DNA of 38,150 bases, taken from positions 1 through 38,150 of IMG/VR virus record IMGVR_UViG_3300032293_000894. One strand, 5' to 3'. Position 1 is the first letter of the stretch, and each line of letters opens with the position of its first letter. Positions 24,425 to 34,734 of the stretch are shown here, piece after piece. Below the pieces are notes generated by a model, which did not search any database, was not told where the DNA came from, and saw only the letters and a program-made list of their open reading frames with translations. This DNA comes from a virus (taxonomy: Duplodnaviria > Caudoviricetes). The position numbers and the translations under genes were made by a program.

Positions 24425-25040
24425 ACCCACCCTTTCGTTTAAAATTATTACTTTGTTTGTGTTTTGTGATTGTGTCTTTGTAATCCTTCTTTACCCAATT
24501 AGTTAGAAATGCTTTGTAATTCTTCATGGTTTTGCCATGAGCATCTAACCAATTATGTGCTGAATCCCAACAGTCCCAAATGAACCCTTCAGGAACATTG
24601 AAGGTTTCTGCAAGTTCTTTAATAACTGTTTCATTTATATCTTCTTTAGAAGAAAACTTCTTTGGTGCAACAGTATTATTTTTATTATTTATATTTATAT
24701 TATTTTGTAGAAGTTTTTTTCCATAGGGGTCTGTAACTTTTTTTCCATAGGTATAGAAATTTTCTTCTATAGTCCTAAGTTTAATGTATCTAACATTTCC
24801 TTTGTCTGTTTCTACTCTTGATTCAATGTAACCAAACTTAACTAACTTATTAACCCCATCTGAAATAGTTCTTTCAGAAACATCATAAAGTTCTGCAAAA
24901 TATCTATTAGATGCCCAACACTCACCTGTCTTGTTAGTTAGTGCTGTTATCTCAGAATATAGTAATTTTTGTAAGTGTGTAAGTCGTTTGTCGTATCTGA
25001 CTTCTGCTATAAGGATGGAGTAGTAGGTAGGATTTTCCAT
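24402..25040 (-). CDS. Phage replication initiator (HTH_36 N-terminus, lambda-O-like)
   Basis: YYSILIAEVRYDKRL...CWASNRYFAELYDVSERTIS...LVKFGYI; C-terminal KNYKAFLTNW. Confidence 0.85.
   Translation of the reverse strand: MENPTYYSILIAEVRYDKRLTHLQKLLYSEITALTNKTGECWASNRYFAELYDVSERTISDGVNKLVKFGYIESRVETDKGNVRYIKLRTIEENFYTYGKKVTDPYGKKLLQNNININNKNNTVAPKKFSSKEDINETVIKELAETFNVPEGFIWDCWDSAHNWLDAHGKTMKNYKAFLTNWVKKDYKDTITKHKQSNNFKRKGGYAEITDY
24674..24772. repeat. Putative replication origin: three iterons plus pure-AT tract inside the initiator gene
   Basis: aagtttttttccatagg / aactttttttccatagg / aaattttcttctatagt at 22-24-bp spacing, next to AT-only 24674-24706. Confidence 0.65.
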
Positions 25041-25076
25041 ATACCTATATTATACACTTATGAGTAGGTTATACAA
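25041..25076 (-). promoter_or_regulatory. Initiator promoter TTGTAT-N16-TATAAT-N8-ATG with operator F TACCTAT-N11-ATGAGTA (25042-25066)
   Basis: Repeated motif. Confidence 0.7.
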
Positions 25077-25081
25077 GCAAT

Positions 25082-27337
25082 TTATTTTTTAGGTTTTCTG
25101 TATCTGAATTTCCTTAAGGTCTCATCAAGCAGGTCTTGTTTAATTTTGTTAATCTCTTTTGCTTTATCTTCATCAGATAATCTCTTGTATCTTGCTGATG
25201 CTATAAGTCGTGAAGTTCTAATGTTCATGTTTGTTCCGAAGAACTTCTTAACTTCCATAAACTTTGCTTCCCCAACTTGTTCTTTAAGTTGTTTGTATCT
25301 TTCGTTGGTTCTCTCATAATCTGAAATAGCAGGTAGGTTACCTGTTCCTGCAAGTCGTGAGTATTCTTCTACAACAGGGTTAGTGTTTGCAGTTTTAACT
25401 CTTGAACCAAATAGAAGTTGAGATAATGCTGATTCAGTTTCTATCTTCTCACCTAATACATTTATCTTTTCAGGTAGTTGCTGTCTTATAAATGGCAATC
25501 TTGAAATGAAGGATTGGTAAGGGTCATTAGGTTTTACTTCTCTTTCGTATTGGTCAGTTGCTTTTGCTACATCATAAATGATTGATGGGACTGTTCTTGA
25601 TGTAACAAAATCCTGTGCTGCTTTTTTAAGTCCTTCAGTAACATTTTCTGCTTCTCCAAATCTTTGTTTTTCAATCAAATCTTTTAATGAACCTGCAACA
25701 TCAAGTGAAGGGATTTTAAGTATTTGCCTTCCCGAACCTAAATAATAATTATAAATAATTTTGTCTGTTTGTCCTTCACCGTATTTTTTAGCATACATCA
25801 TGCCTATAAATGGAGTTCCTAATATACCGAAGTAATCTAAACTAATCCACCTATCACCGATTCTTACACTGTTAGTAGATGCTTGTTGAAGTCGTAATAG
25901 TTCTCTTTCTTTATCTGTGGTTGGGTATTCCCCAATAAAATCTTCAGGTTCAAATGCTTCAGCAAGAATATAAGCAAGGGACATACCAAGACCTGCTCTA
26001 ACAAACTTTCTCATATAACCTTTAAAGTTATTTAGTCGTGCATCTGATATAGATTCACCTTTTCTAACATCATTTATAAATTTAACTGTGTCTATTGATA
26101 ATTGAAATGGCAGCAAGATTCCTGATGATTCAATTCCTGCTGCTACAACATTTGCAGGTGTCTTAACAAATGGGAGTAATTGGTCGCCTAATCTTAGGTC
26201 AGGTTGAACTGCATTTAATGCTGTTCTTATAGCAAGTGCAAGGTCGGAGTATGCTGACTTATTAGTGTAGGTGGCATATTCAGCATCAGCGATTGCTTGT
26301 TCTCTTACCTTTTTACCTTGTGGGGTTTTAGGTTCAATGCTTGTAGCATCTTTAAATATTTCTGCTGCTCTTGTAACCAACTTCTCACCTGTAAATCCTT
26401 CTGCTTTTGCTAACATTGTAGATGTCAAATTGACCGAATCAGCAAATGCTACTGAAGAAAAAATAACATCAGGAGTTCCCATTAGTTTTTTAAATACTAA
26501 ATCTTCGTAAAATCTTCCTATTGCTCTAATAGCACCTTTACCTTGTGAAGTAACTCTTTCTTCTCCAAGAATTTTACCTTCATCATCTAAGGTTCTAAGT
26601 CTTGTAACATCAAACCCTGTTTCGTTCCAAACCTTTAAAGCATAATCTCTATATTCTTTTCCAAGTTTGTTATTAACCCCACCGATTCTTCTTGTTTCAA
26701 ATCTTCTCTCTACTGCTTGTAGAAATGCTTGGATGGTGTTTGATTCAATGTTGAGTAATGCTGATTTAAAGTTAAGTAACATTGTTCCCCTACCGATTGT
26801 GCTTGTTAGAACCTGTAACTGACCTGATGGTTCAATACCTGCAAGGTAATCTTCCATCTCTCTTTTTGCTTTAAAGTATTCAATGCTTGGTAATCCAAAT
26901 TCGTTTGTTTGGTCTGCAGATGCTTCCATCTTGTTAGCAAGTTCTACAATCTTATTAACTTCTTCAGTAGTAACAGTTGCCCCTAACTTAGTAGCAGCAA
27001 GGTCATCTAAAAATGCATCTTCCCCCTGTGGAGTAAGCACTCCTGTTTTCTCTAATGATTTAACTTTTGCAGCAACATCTTTTCTCTTACCTTCGTTTGA
27101 TTTACCTTTGAAGGTTTTCTCTGCCCACTTAGCAAGTGCATTTGCTTGGGTTGAAATCATTGCTGATTCAAAACCTGCATTGATTTGTTTTGCTGTTTCA
27201 GAATCAACATACTTAGCAAACAATGCCCTTCTCTGACTTGAAGTCATGTCATACATTTCAGCAATGTTTATATCGCCTTTGATTGCTGCTGCTTTTAACT
27301 TGTCTGCTATATCTTTAGTTAAACAAAATGCTGCCAT
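25082..27337 (-). CDS. Putative internal virion/ejection protein
   Basis: ~751 aa, helical; LLPFVKTPANV and VRIGDRWISLDYFG motifs typical of podophage DNA-transfer proteins; start MAAFCL. Confidence 0.6.
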   Translation of the reverse strand: MAAFCLTKDIADKLKAAAIKGDINIAEMYDMTSSQRRALFAKYVDSETAKQINAGFESAMISTQANALAKWAEKTFKGKSNEGKRKDVAAKVKSLEKTGVLTPQGEDAFLDDLAATKLGATVTTEEVNKIVELANKMEASADQTNEFGLPSIEYFKAKREMEDYLAGIEPSGQLQVLTSTIGRGTMLLNFKSALLNIESNTIQAFLQAVERRFETRRIGGVNNKLGKEYRDYALKVWNETGFDVTRLRTLDDEGKILGEERVTSQGKGAIRAIGRFYEDLVFKKLMGTPDVIFSSVAFADSVNLTSTMLAKAEGFTGEKLVTRAAEIFKDATSIEPKTPQGKKVREQAIADAEYATYTNKSAYSDLALAIRTALNAVQPDLRLGDQLLPFVKTPANVVAAGIESSGILLPFQLSIDTVKFINDVRKGESISDARLNNFKGYMRKFVRAGLGMSLAYILAEAFEPEDFIGEYPTTDKERELLRLQQASTNSVRIGDRWISLDYFGILGTPFIGMMYAKKYGEGQTDKIIYNYYLGSGRQILKIPSLDVAGSLKDLIEKQRFGEAENVTEGLKKAAQDFVTSRTVPSIIYDVAKATDQYEREVKPNDPYQSFISRLPFIRQQLPEKINVLGEKIETESALSQLLFGSRVKTANTNPVVEEYSRLAGTGNLPAISDYERTNERYKQLKEQVGEAKFMEVKKFFGTNMNIRTSRLIASARYKRLSDEDKAKEINKIKQDLLDETLRKFRYRKPKK

Positions 27338-27339
27338 AA

Positions 27340-30300
27340 TTAACACCTTAAACTATCAATGATGTCTTGTGCCGATTTAATTTTTTTGGCATCTTTGATA
27401 ACCTTCTTTAATTCTACTTTCTCTTTTTGTATTCTTTCAAATACTTCTTTTTTATTTGACTTTTTAAGTCCTAACATTGTTGCTCTTTGACCTAATCCAC
27501 CTGCAAATTTATCACCTAACTTGTTAAGTCGTGCATCCAATGCTCTTTTAATGTAGTTTTCTGCACTGTTGTCGTTAAACTGACCCCTTAAAGATGCAAT
27601 CTCTTGACCCCTTCTTGTGTTCTTTAGGGAGTTTCTAACCAAGACCTGTTTGTATAAATCTAAGTTACCAAGTTGTTTTAACCTTAGTGCTACTGCTACT
27701 TCAATAGTGTTTTCAAGGTAACCTGCAGGTGCTGATTCGTTACCAAGTGCAATGTTTAATGCTCTCATAGGGTCTGCTTCTATAAAGTTAATTGCTCTCT
27801 CAGATTCTCTTTCAAGGTTTGCTACATTGTAAGTTCCATCTACATCATTAAATCCAAATGCTTCAGGGTTAGTTCCAAGCAACTGCTCATTTAATCTTTC
27901 CATGAATCTTGATTTCTTAACCTTACCACCACCAACAGTTTCAGAAGGTGCTTCTACTTTTGGCATCTTTTTAGCACCAAGTTTCTTCTTTTCAGGTGGT
28001 GCTTGTGCTGCTTTTTTCTCTCCAAGTTTTGCAGTTTTTTTCTTTGCTTTTTCTCGTTCTGCTTTTATTTTTGCTGCTTTACCACTTAAAATTTCTTCAT
28101 ATAGTTTGTTAATAGCATCAAGATTTTCAAAATAACTGTTAGTTCTAACAAATAATTTTTCAAAAAAGTCCTGAATTTTACCTAATAAAGTAGATGTTTT
28201 TTGGATTCTTGCATTAGCAAAAGCAATAAAATCTTCAGCAATATGTTCTTCAAGAACTGCCATATCAGTAGTTTTATATTTAATAATTGCTTCTTTAAGT
28301 AATGCTTTTTGTTCAGCAGGTGTCATAAATATATCAATGTATTTATGGACTGCTTCGTGTAACCATGTATCAGTTGGTTGTGCCTGACCTGATAAGATAT
28401 AAACAAAATCTTCTCCGTAAGCACCAAGTGCATCCATAGAAGCAAGGATGTTCTGAACGAACTTTACATTTTCATCTCCAAATATTTTCTTGTTTAGTTT
28501 TTTAATTGTTTTTACTTGTTCGTCAGTTACATCTTGTCTTGTAATTTGAGCATCTTGTGATTTTCTATATGCTTTAATTTTTCCTATAGTTTCTCCATCA
28601 ATAACTTTTCTTATAAATGGAAAATCAGAAGGGGATAAAGTAAGTGTAGTGTTTTTTCCATATTTAGCAAAAAATGGCATGTATTTATTTTTATAATTGA
28701 TTCCTATAGGTGCTCTTTGTGATAAACCACTTATTAAGTATGAATTGTTGTAGGTTAAAAATACTTCAAAATTCTTCAAAATTGAATCTTGTATTTTTTT
28801 ATCTATAGATTTAAGTTCTTCTTCTGTGTAATTTTTTGCTTTCTGTTTTTTAACTTCAACATCTTTAAATTCTGTTTGAATTAAATTGATATTTGTTAGG
28901 TAGTTACTTATTGTTCTAATGTAGTTACCTATAAATCTTAATTGGTTTTTTTCAAGTTCGGTTTCACCCAATCCTTTTTCAAACAGTGTAGGATTTAAAT
29001 CTTCAAAAACTACATCTCTATTTTTATTAACTTCATCATTTTTAATATCAAGAATAATTTCACTTATAGATTTATTTGCATCTTTAATAGGGTCTTTTGC
29101 ATCTCTTATTTTTAATATTGTTTCATTTAATAGTTCTTCTGATGTTTTGTTTTCAGTTGGTGGAAATAAACTTGCAAGTGTTTTATAGGTTTCATTATTA
29201 AATATTCTTTTAAAAACAATGTTTCTATCACCCGTTAAAATAAAAGGGTCAGTTACTCTATATTCTCTTGTGCTATTTTCTACATAAGGTTTTAATGTTT
29301 CGGAAATATACATTGATGCACTTAATTGATTTAAAGTATCAATAATTGTTAATTCGTTTAAATACTCTTTATTTACTTTTTCAACATCAGTTTTTATTTG
29401 TTTTTGTTCTGCAAGTCTTTTTAGTGTTTCAGGAGTTAAACCTTCTTTTCTATTCAATCGTCTTAAATCATCACTTAAAACAATAATCTTATCGCTATTT
29501 GGAATTTGAAATGTGTTTGGGTATCCACCTGTTGCAAGAGATGTTTCAATATAATTTAATGCCTTTTGAGTTATATCAGTTTGTAATTTTTCAAGAGAAA
29601 TACTGTCAGCATAATCTCCGTATAATTCATCTGCTTCTTTTATAAGTTTTCTATTTTTATCTGAAAAATAACTATAGTTTGAAAAATCAAATGCAGGGTT
29701 ATTAAAATTACCTTCTTCTTTATAAATGTCTTGCAGTTTTTGTGGTAATTGTTTTAGTTCTTCATCTAAATTTAAATCTTTTGCATTAAGGTCTTTTAAA
29801 TCTTGATTATAAGTTTTTATGTTTTGCTTATAGTAACCAATATCGCCTTCAGCATCTGATATGTTTGAATCAATTTTTGAATTTAACTCGTTAAACACTC
29901 TTTCGTTTAAATCTTTAAGAAGTTTATTTTGATAATTGTTATCATAAATAAATTTAACTGTATTTTTAAACTTTTGTTTTTGAGTTTCGGATTCAAAACC
30001 TAAAGATAAATCATTTAGAAAATTTTGAAAAGAATCATAATCTTTATAAATATTTGCATCTACATACTCTTGGGAAGTTACTGCACCACTTTCATATACC
30101 TTTCTATTAGTGTCTATAAAACTTATGATGAAGTTATATTCGTAAGAAGTAGAAATTGAGTATTTTTTAAAGAACTCTATATATTTATCAAAAAAATATT
30201 TATCAAATTCGTTTGCTGTTTCTATCTTTGCGACATCATTTTGAATTTCTAAAGCATCTTTTTTTTGTTGTTTTTTTTCTACAAGTCTTTTTTCAGCACC

Positions 30301-33300
30301 ATCTAAAAATCTTGTAGTTCTTTCAAGTCCTTCTGTAGCATTTTGTTTTGCTTCAGTTTTATCTTTTAAAATTCTTAGAACTTTTTCAATATCTACTAAT
30401 TTAGTTTTTAAATCACCAACTTTTTCAATGCCATAAATGTTTTTCCAAATGTTGGTGATTTTATCTACTGTTGAATCTTTTTTAAAAGTTTCTAACCTTT
30501 TTTCTTTAAAGTTTTCTTTTGTGTATGTTTCAAAATCAAGATTATCTACTGCTGTAAATTTTTCATCATTTATTGTAATTATTGTCCAACTTGCTGAAGG
30601 ACTAATTTCAAATTCAACAACATCTCCGACTTCCAAATTATTTTTATCTTTTGCAGATAAGACTTTATATTTTTCTCCTTTAGGTTTATCAACAGGATTT
30701 GGATTCCAATTTACATGCCTTTCAACAACACCTAAAGTTAATGGTGTTGGAAAATTGACTGCTGTAGCACCTTTATCTCCATAATATCTAAGGATTTCTT
30801 TAATTGACCTTTCATGCCATGTTGCTAAATAGGTCATGTGCATTTTTTCAAGTTTTGTAGGTTTATAGTCTAAATAATCGTTTAACTTTTTTTGGTCTTT
30901 TTCTAATTGTTTATAAGCATAATCAATATTGTTGTTAATTTTTTCAATTCCTATTTTATGGTCGTTAATAAATTCTTCTCGTGCTTTAATTAAATTTTTG
31001 GTTTTTGGTTCTGATTGATTTAATAACCTTAAACTTTCTTCTCTATCTGCTATTCTTTGTTTTAGTTCTGCAATATCATTTTGGTAACCTTCTATATTTT
31101 TTTTCAATGCTTCTATTTGTTTATTAACAAATTTTGTTGTATCAATGTTGTCTGCACCATCAGTAACGGTATCTTGAAAAGGGTCTGATTGCATTTCAAG
31201 AATATAAATTTCACCTGTTTTTGTATCTTCAATAACTCTAAACCAAGAAAATAAACCTTCAGGTAAAGTATCTGCTAATTCAGGATTGGTTCTTATTAGT
31301 TCTTTTCTTTGGTTTTCATAGAAATCTATTCCAAATCTACCCCCTAAATGTTTATTTATTCTTTTATGGTCATAAGGAGAATTTAAAACTATAACTTTAG
31401 ATAAATATCTTCCTGAATCATCCATATTTAATGAAGTTCTTCCCATATTAAAAATTGCACTTTGCCCACTTGCTATTGTTGTGTCTTTTTCAAAAATTTG
31501 AATTGGTAATAATTCTTCTATTATTTTTTGATTTAATTGTCTTATAGAAACTTGACTGTCGTTTTTAAATTCTGTATCAAGTAATTCTTTTATTATTGCT
31601 ATTTCTTCTTTTGATATTCCGTATTTGGTTGTTGCATCTTTAAGAAATTTATCTATTTCTTGTTTTGATAAAGTATCTTTTTTAAAAGTTTGCAAAACTT
31701 CTTCAGTTCTTGTTGTTAGTTTTTGTGTTCCTTCGTTAAATAAAACATTGTCGGTTAATCTAAATTTTGGGGTTCTTTTATTTACATATTTTTCAATTTT
31801 ATTTTCAATGTATTTATCGTATTCATATAAAACCTTGTTAATATCAGCAATAACTTGGTCGTTTTCAAATTTTCCATTTTCAATAGTTTTTAAAATGCTT
31901 TGTAGTTTTGTTTGAAATGATTTAACTTTTGGGGTATCAGGGTTAATTGATAACAAATTGATAACAGGTGTATATTTTAATTTAAGTTGTTTTTTAAAAT
32001 CCCTTGAATTAGCACCTTCATTAGTTAGATAAGTAATTTTAAGTTTATTGATTTGAGAACTGCTGACTTCCTTGCCAAAAATAGCATTTTGCATAACCTT
32101 GTGAGCATTATCAACCTTATTTTGAGTTGCTTCTTTTATATTTGATTGGTCAAATACTGTTCCTGCTTTAACGGTAATAGGGTTAGGTTGTTTGGTTACA
32201 ACTTTTTTCTCCCCTACCTTTTTAACAGGTTTCTTTATTTCTTTTTTCTCAACCTTTTTTTCGCCAAGTTTCTTTTTCGGTGCTTCTTTTTCTACCTTCT
32301 TTCCTTTGTAATCAAGACCCTGTGATAAGTTCCATGCAGCAGTTGCTTCGCCTGTTTTGAGTGTAATTCCCTTGTCTTTAAGTTCCTTTTGACCTTTATC
32401 AGTTGCCAAGTAATTTAAAAATTCTGCTTGGTTTTTAAATCTTTTAGCAATGTTTTGAACATCAATGTCTTTATCTCCAAGCATTACATATTCAACACCA
32501 CCCCTTGAAGTAGTATTTTTAGTAACTGTATAACCTTTATCTAATAGGAATTTAGTTAATGCTTTTGTATCAACAAGCATCTCTTTAGGAACTATAGTTT
32601 GATTAGGATTTTCTTTAATTAAATCAAGATTGAAAACCTTTGTTCCTTTAGGAAGAGTTGATGTTTCGGAAATATCGCCAAATTGTTTAGCAAGTTGCTC
32701 ATTATCTCCGAAGTATTTTCCCCTAACAAGAGTTGAGAATCCTGTGCCTTTACCACCCCTATAAAGAGTTACATCTTGTTTAAGTGTTTCTTCAGCATCT
32801 TTTAGTTTAGCAACTTTAGGTTTAGTTTCCTTTTTAACCTGTTTAATAGACTTCTTAGCAGGTTTTTCTGTCGGAGTTGGTGTAACAGTTGGTTTAGTTT
32901 CAGTAGTGGTTGTAGGGGTAACCTGTGGGGTTGTAGCAGGTTGCTCAGGTGTAACCATTGGTTGAGTTTCAGGTGGGGTAACAAACCCTTCAGTTGGAGT
33001 TGTAGTAGGAGCAAATGCTTCTCTTACTCTTTCAGAAACATTTTCACCATCTACTACTATTTCTCTTAATGGTTCGCCTGTAAGGTTAGACCTTTTAAGT
33101 TCTTTAACGGCAGCATTATCTTTAACTTCTTCAACTATTGCTTGTTGTTCTGCAGTTCTTTTATTAACAGGGGTATCAAGTGCCTTATCAATGACTTTGT
33201 TTGCTTTATCTACTTGCTCAAGGGTAATACCGTCATTTTCATCAAAATTTTGCCTACCTGATAACAGGAATCCAAATATAAATGAAACAACTGATGTTTG

Positions 33301-34734
33301 GTCAGCACCTTCAAACCATTCAGGATTGTCTTTGTAGATTTCAGAAACTGCTGTTGCAACAAGGTCTTGTGAATTTTCTTCAATAACTTCCCCAAGTCCT
33401 GCTTTAGTTCTTCTAATACCACCTGTAACTAATCTTCTTTGTAGTTCGTTTTCAATCTTATCTGCATTTAATTTGCTAATTTTTATCTGACTTAATTTAT
33501 CGCTTAAACCTACTTTTGATATTGCAACGGAAATTGGTGCATAGATTCTTGCTGCTTGTTTTGCTTGTAATGGTGTAGAACCTTCTAAAATTGCTTGATT
33601 GTAGATGTTACCAAATTCGTTTCCGTAGTTAGTTGTAAGTGAAATTCCTGATAATGCAGCAGCAGTTTTAACTTTACCTTTTTTTAATGAATATGCTGCA
33701 AGTATTCCTGTTCCAAGACCTTCAACAATGTCAGCACCGTTTTCTGCAAGACCAAATAAAATTCCTGTAGGAGTGTAAAATTCAGGGTTTCCAAATCTTT
33801 CTCTTATTTCTTTTCTTTGTTGTTGAACATCTTTAAAATTACTAAGACCGTAGTTTTCTAACTGACCTTCAATAGTTTCTCCCTTTTTATTTCTTTCATC
33901 TATTTTTCTAAGTTCTTCCTGTAATCTCTGAACTTCTTTTATCTTTTCTAACTTTTCTTCTTCTGTAAGGTTAGGTCTATCAGCATATAAATTAGCAGTA
34001 ATCTGACTTACTTCCCCTGATTTTTGCCTTCTATCTTCTTCTTCCCAAAATGCAATTTCGGCATCAATTCCTTTTAACTGATTTTTTGTTCTTTCAACAA
34101 GTTCTTTGTTGTTTGTAAATTTGGCATTTTCTTCGTAGATTTTTAATTCTTCATTTAATCTTTCTTTTCTTGCTTTTAGTTGTTCTGCAGGTGGAGTTCC
34201 TTGTGGTAATACTGCACCTACCCCTTCTACAATGTTCCTTAATCCACCAACAATAGGAAGTTCAGCATTATAAACACTCTGACCAAATTCTTCTAAAGCA
34301 TTTCTTTCAATCTTTTTACCTAATTGAATTTCAGCATTAAGGTTTTCAATCTGTCTGTTAATTTGATTCTTTGTATTTGCAGTTCCTACATAAGGGATTG
34401 CTGAAACTTCCTGACTTGCAGTAGTTCCTACAATGTTTCCAAAAGTTTGTTTAGCACCTGTTAAAAGAAGTTCCCCTGCACCATACAATGCTTTACCTGC
34501 ATCAGAAGCACCTTGTGTAATAGAATCCCACCAACCTTTTGGTTGTGTAGGTGCTGCTGTGGGTTGTGCTGTTTGTTGTAATTGCTGTTTTCCTTGTCTA
34601 TAAAAATCACTTAATCCACTTGTGTTTGTAGAAGTGGTTGGTTGTGAAACAGGTGGTTGTGCAGGTGGGTTACTTCCTGATTGTGGTTGATTATTATTTT
34701 GTTGTTTCCCTTTTAAATAAAACTCTGATGGCAT
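27340..34734 (-). CDS. Giant polyvalent ejection protein (ART-like, EMQSD and zincin HEAVH domains)
   Basis: 2464 aa; LYRG..KYF..A..FG...KGY...EYVM; YILEMQSD; HEAVH...EEHIAEDF. Confidence 0.65.
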   Translation of the reverse strand: MPSEFYLKGKQQNNNQPQSGSNPPAQPPVSQPTTSTNTSGLSDFYRQGKQQLQQTAQPTAAPTQPKGWWDSITQGASDAGKALYGAGELLLTGAKQTFGNIVGTTASQEVSAIPYVGTANTKNQINRQIENLNAEIQLGKKIERNALEEFGQSVYNAELPIVGGLRNIVEGVGAVLPQGTPPAEQLKARKERLNEELKIYEENAKFTNNKELVERTKNQLKGIDAEIAFWEEEDRRQKSGEVSQITANLYADRPNLTEEEKLEKIKEVQRLQEELRKIDERNKKGETIEGQLENYGLSNFKDVQQQRKEIRERFGNPEFYTPTGILFGLAENGADIVEGLGTGILAAYSLKKGKVKTAAALSGISLTTNYGNEFGNIYNQAILEGSTPLQAKQAARIYAPISVAISKVGLSDKLSQIKISKLNADKIENELQRRLVTGGIRRTKAGLGEVIEENSQDLVATAVSEIYKDNPEWFEGADQTSVVSFIFGFLLSGRQNFDENDGITLEQVDKANKVIDKALDTPVNKRTAEQQAIVEEVKDNAAVKELKRSNLTGEPLREIVVDGENVSERVREAFAPTTTPTEGFVTPPETQPMVTPEQPATTPQVTPTTTTETKPTVTPTPTEKPAKKSIKQVKKETKPKVAKLKDAEETLKQDVTLYRGGKGTGFSTLVRGKYFGDNEQLAKQFGDISETSTLPKGTKVFNLDLIKENPNQTIVPKEMLVDTKALTKFLLDKGYTVTKNTTSRGGVEYVMLGDKDIDVQNIAKRFKNQAEFLNYLATDKGQKELKDKGITLKTGEATAAWNLSQGLDYKGKKVEKEAPKKKLGEKKVEKKEIKKPVKKVGEKKVVTKQPNPITVKAGTVFDQSNIKEATQNKVDNAHKVMQNAIFGKEVSSSQINKLKITYLTNEGANSRDFKKQLKLKYTPVINLLSINPDTPKVKSFQTKLQSILKTIENGKFENDQVIADINKVLYEYDKYIENKIEKYVNKRTPKFRLTDNVLFNEGTQKLTTRTEEVLQTFKKDTLSKQEIDKFLKDATTKYGISKEEIAIIKELLDTEFKNDSQVSIRQLNQKIIEELLPIQIFEKDTTIASGQSAIFNMGRTSLNMDDSGRYLSKVIVLNSPYDHKRINKHLGGRFGIDFYENQRKELIRTNPELADTLPEGLFSWFRVIEDTKTGEIYILEMQSDPFQDTVTDGADNIDTTKFVNKQIEALKKNIEGYQNDIAELKQRIADREESLRLLNQSEPKTKNLIKAREEFINDHKIGIEKINNNIDYAYKQLEKDQKKLNDYLDYKPTKLEKMHMTYLATWHERSIKEILRYYGDKGATAVNFPTPLTLGVVERHVNWNPNPVDKPKGEKYKVLSAKDKNNLEVGDVVEFEISPSASWTIITINDEKFTAVDNLDFETYTKENFKEKRLETFKKDSTVDKITNIWKNIYGIEKVGDLKTKLVDIEKVLRILKDKTEAKQNATEGLERTTRFLDGAEKRLVEKKQQKKDALEIQNDVAKIETANEFDKYFFDKYIEFFKKYSISTSYEYNFIISFIDTNRKVYESGAVTSQEYVDANIYKDYDSFQNFLNDLSLGFESETQKQKFKNTVKFIYDNNYQNKLLKDLNERVFNELNSKIDSNISDAEGDIGYYKQNIKTYNQDLKDLNAKDLNLDEELKQLPQKLQDIYKEEGNFNNPAFDFSNYSYFSDKNRKLIKEADELYGDYADSISLEKLQTDITQKALNYIETSLATGGYPNTFQIPNSDKIIVLSDDLRRLNRKEGLTPETLKRLAEQKQIKTDVEKVNKEYLNELTIIDTLNQLSASMYISETLKPYVENSTREYRVTDPFILTGDRNIVFKRIFNNETYKTLASLFPPTENKTSEELLNETILKIRDAKDPIKDANKSISEIILDIKNDEVNKNRDVVFEDLNPTLFEKGLGETELEKNQLRFIGNYIRTISNYLTNINLIQTEFKDVEVKKQKAKNYTEEELKSIDKKIQDSILKNFEVFLTYNNSYLISGLSQRAPIGINYKNKYMPFFAKYGKNTTLTLSPSDFPFIRKVIDGETIGKIKAYRKSQDAQITRQDVTDEQVKTIKKLNKKIFGDENVKFVQNILASMDALGAYGEDFVYILSGQAQPTDTWLHEAVHKYIDIFMTPAEQKALLKEAIIKYKTTDMAVLEEHIAEDFIAFANARIQKTSTLLGKIQDFFEKLFVRTNSYFENLDAINKLYEEILSGKAAKIKAEREKAKKKTAKLGEKKAAQAPPEKKKLGAKKMPKVEAPSETVGGGKVKKSRFMERLNEQLLGTNPEAFGFNDVDGTYNVANLERESERAINFIEADPMRALNIALGNESAPAGYLENTIEVAVALRLKQLGNLDLYKQVLVRNSLKNTRRGQEIASLRGQFNDNSAENYIKRALDARLNKLGDKFAGGLGQRATMLGLKKSNKKEVFERIQKEKVELKKVIKDAKKIKSAQDIIDSLRC

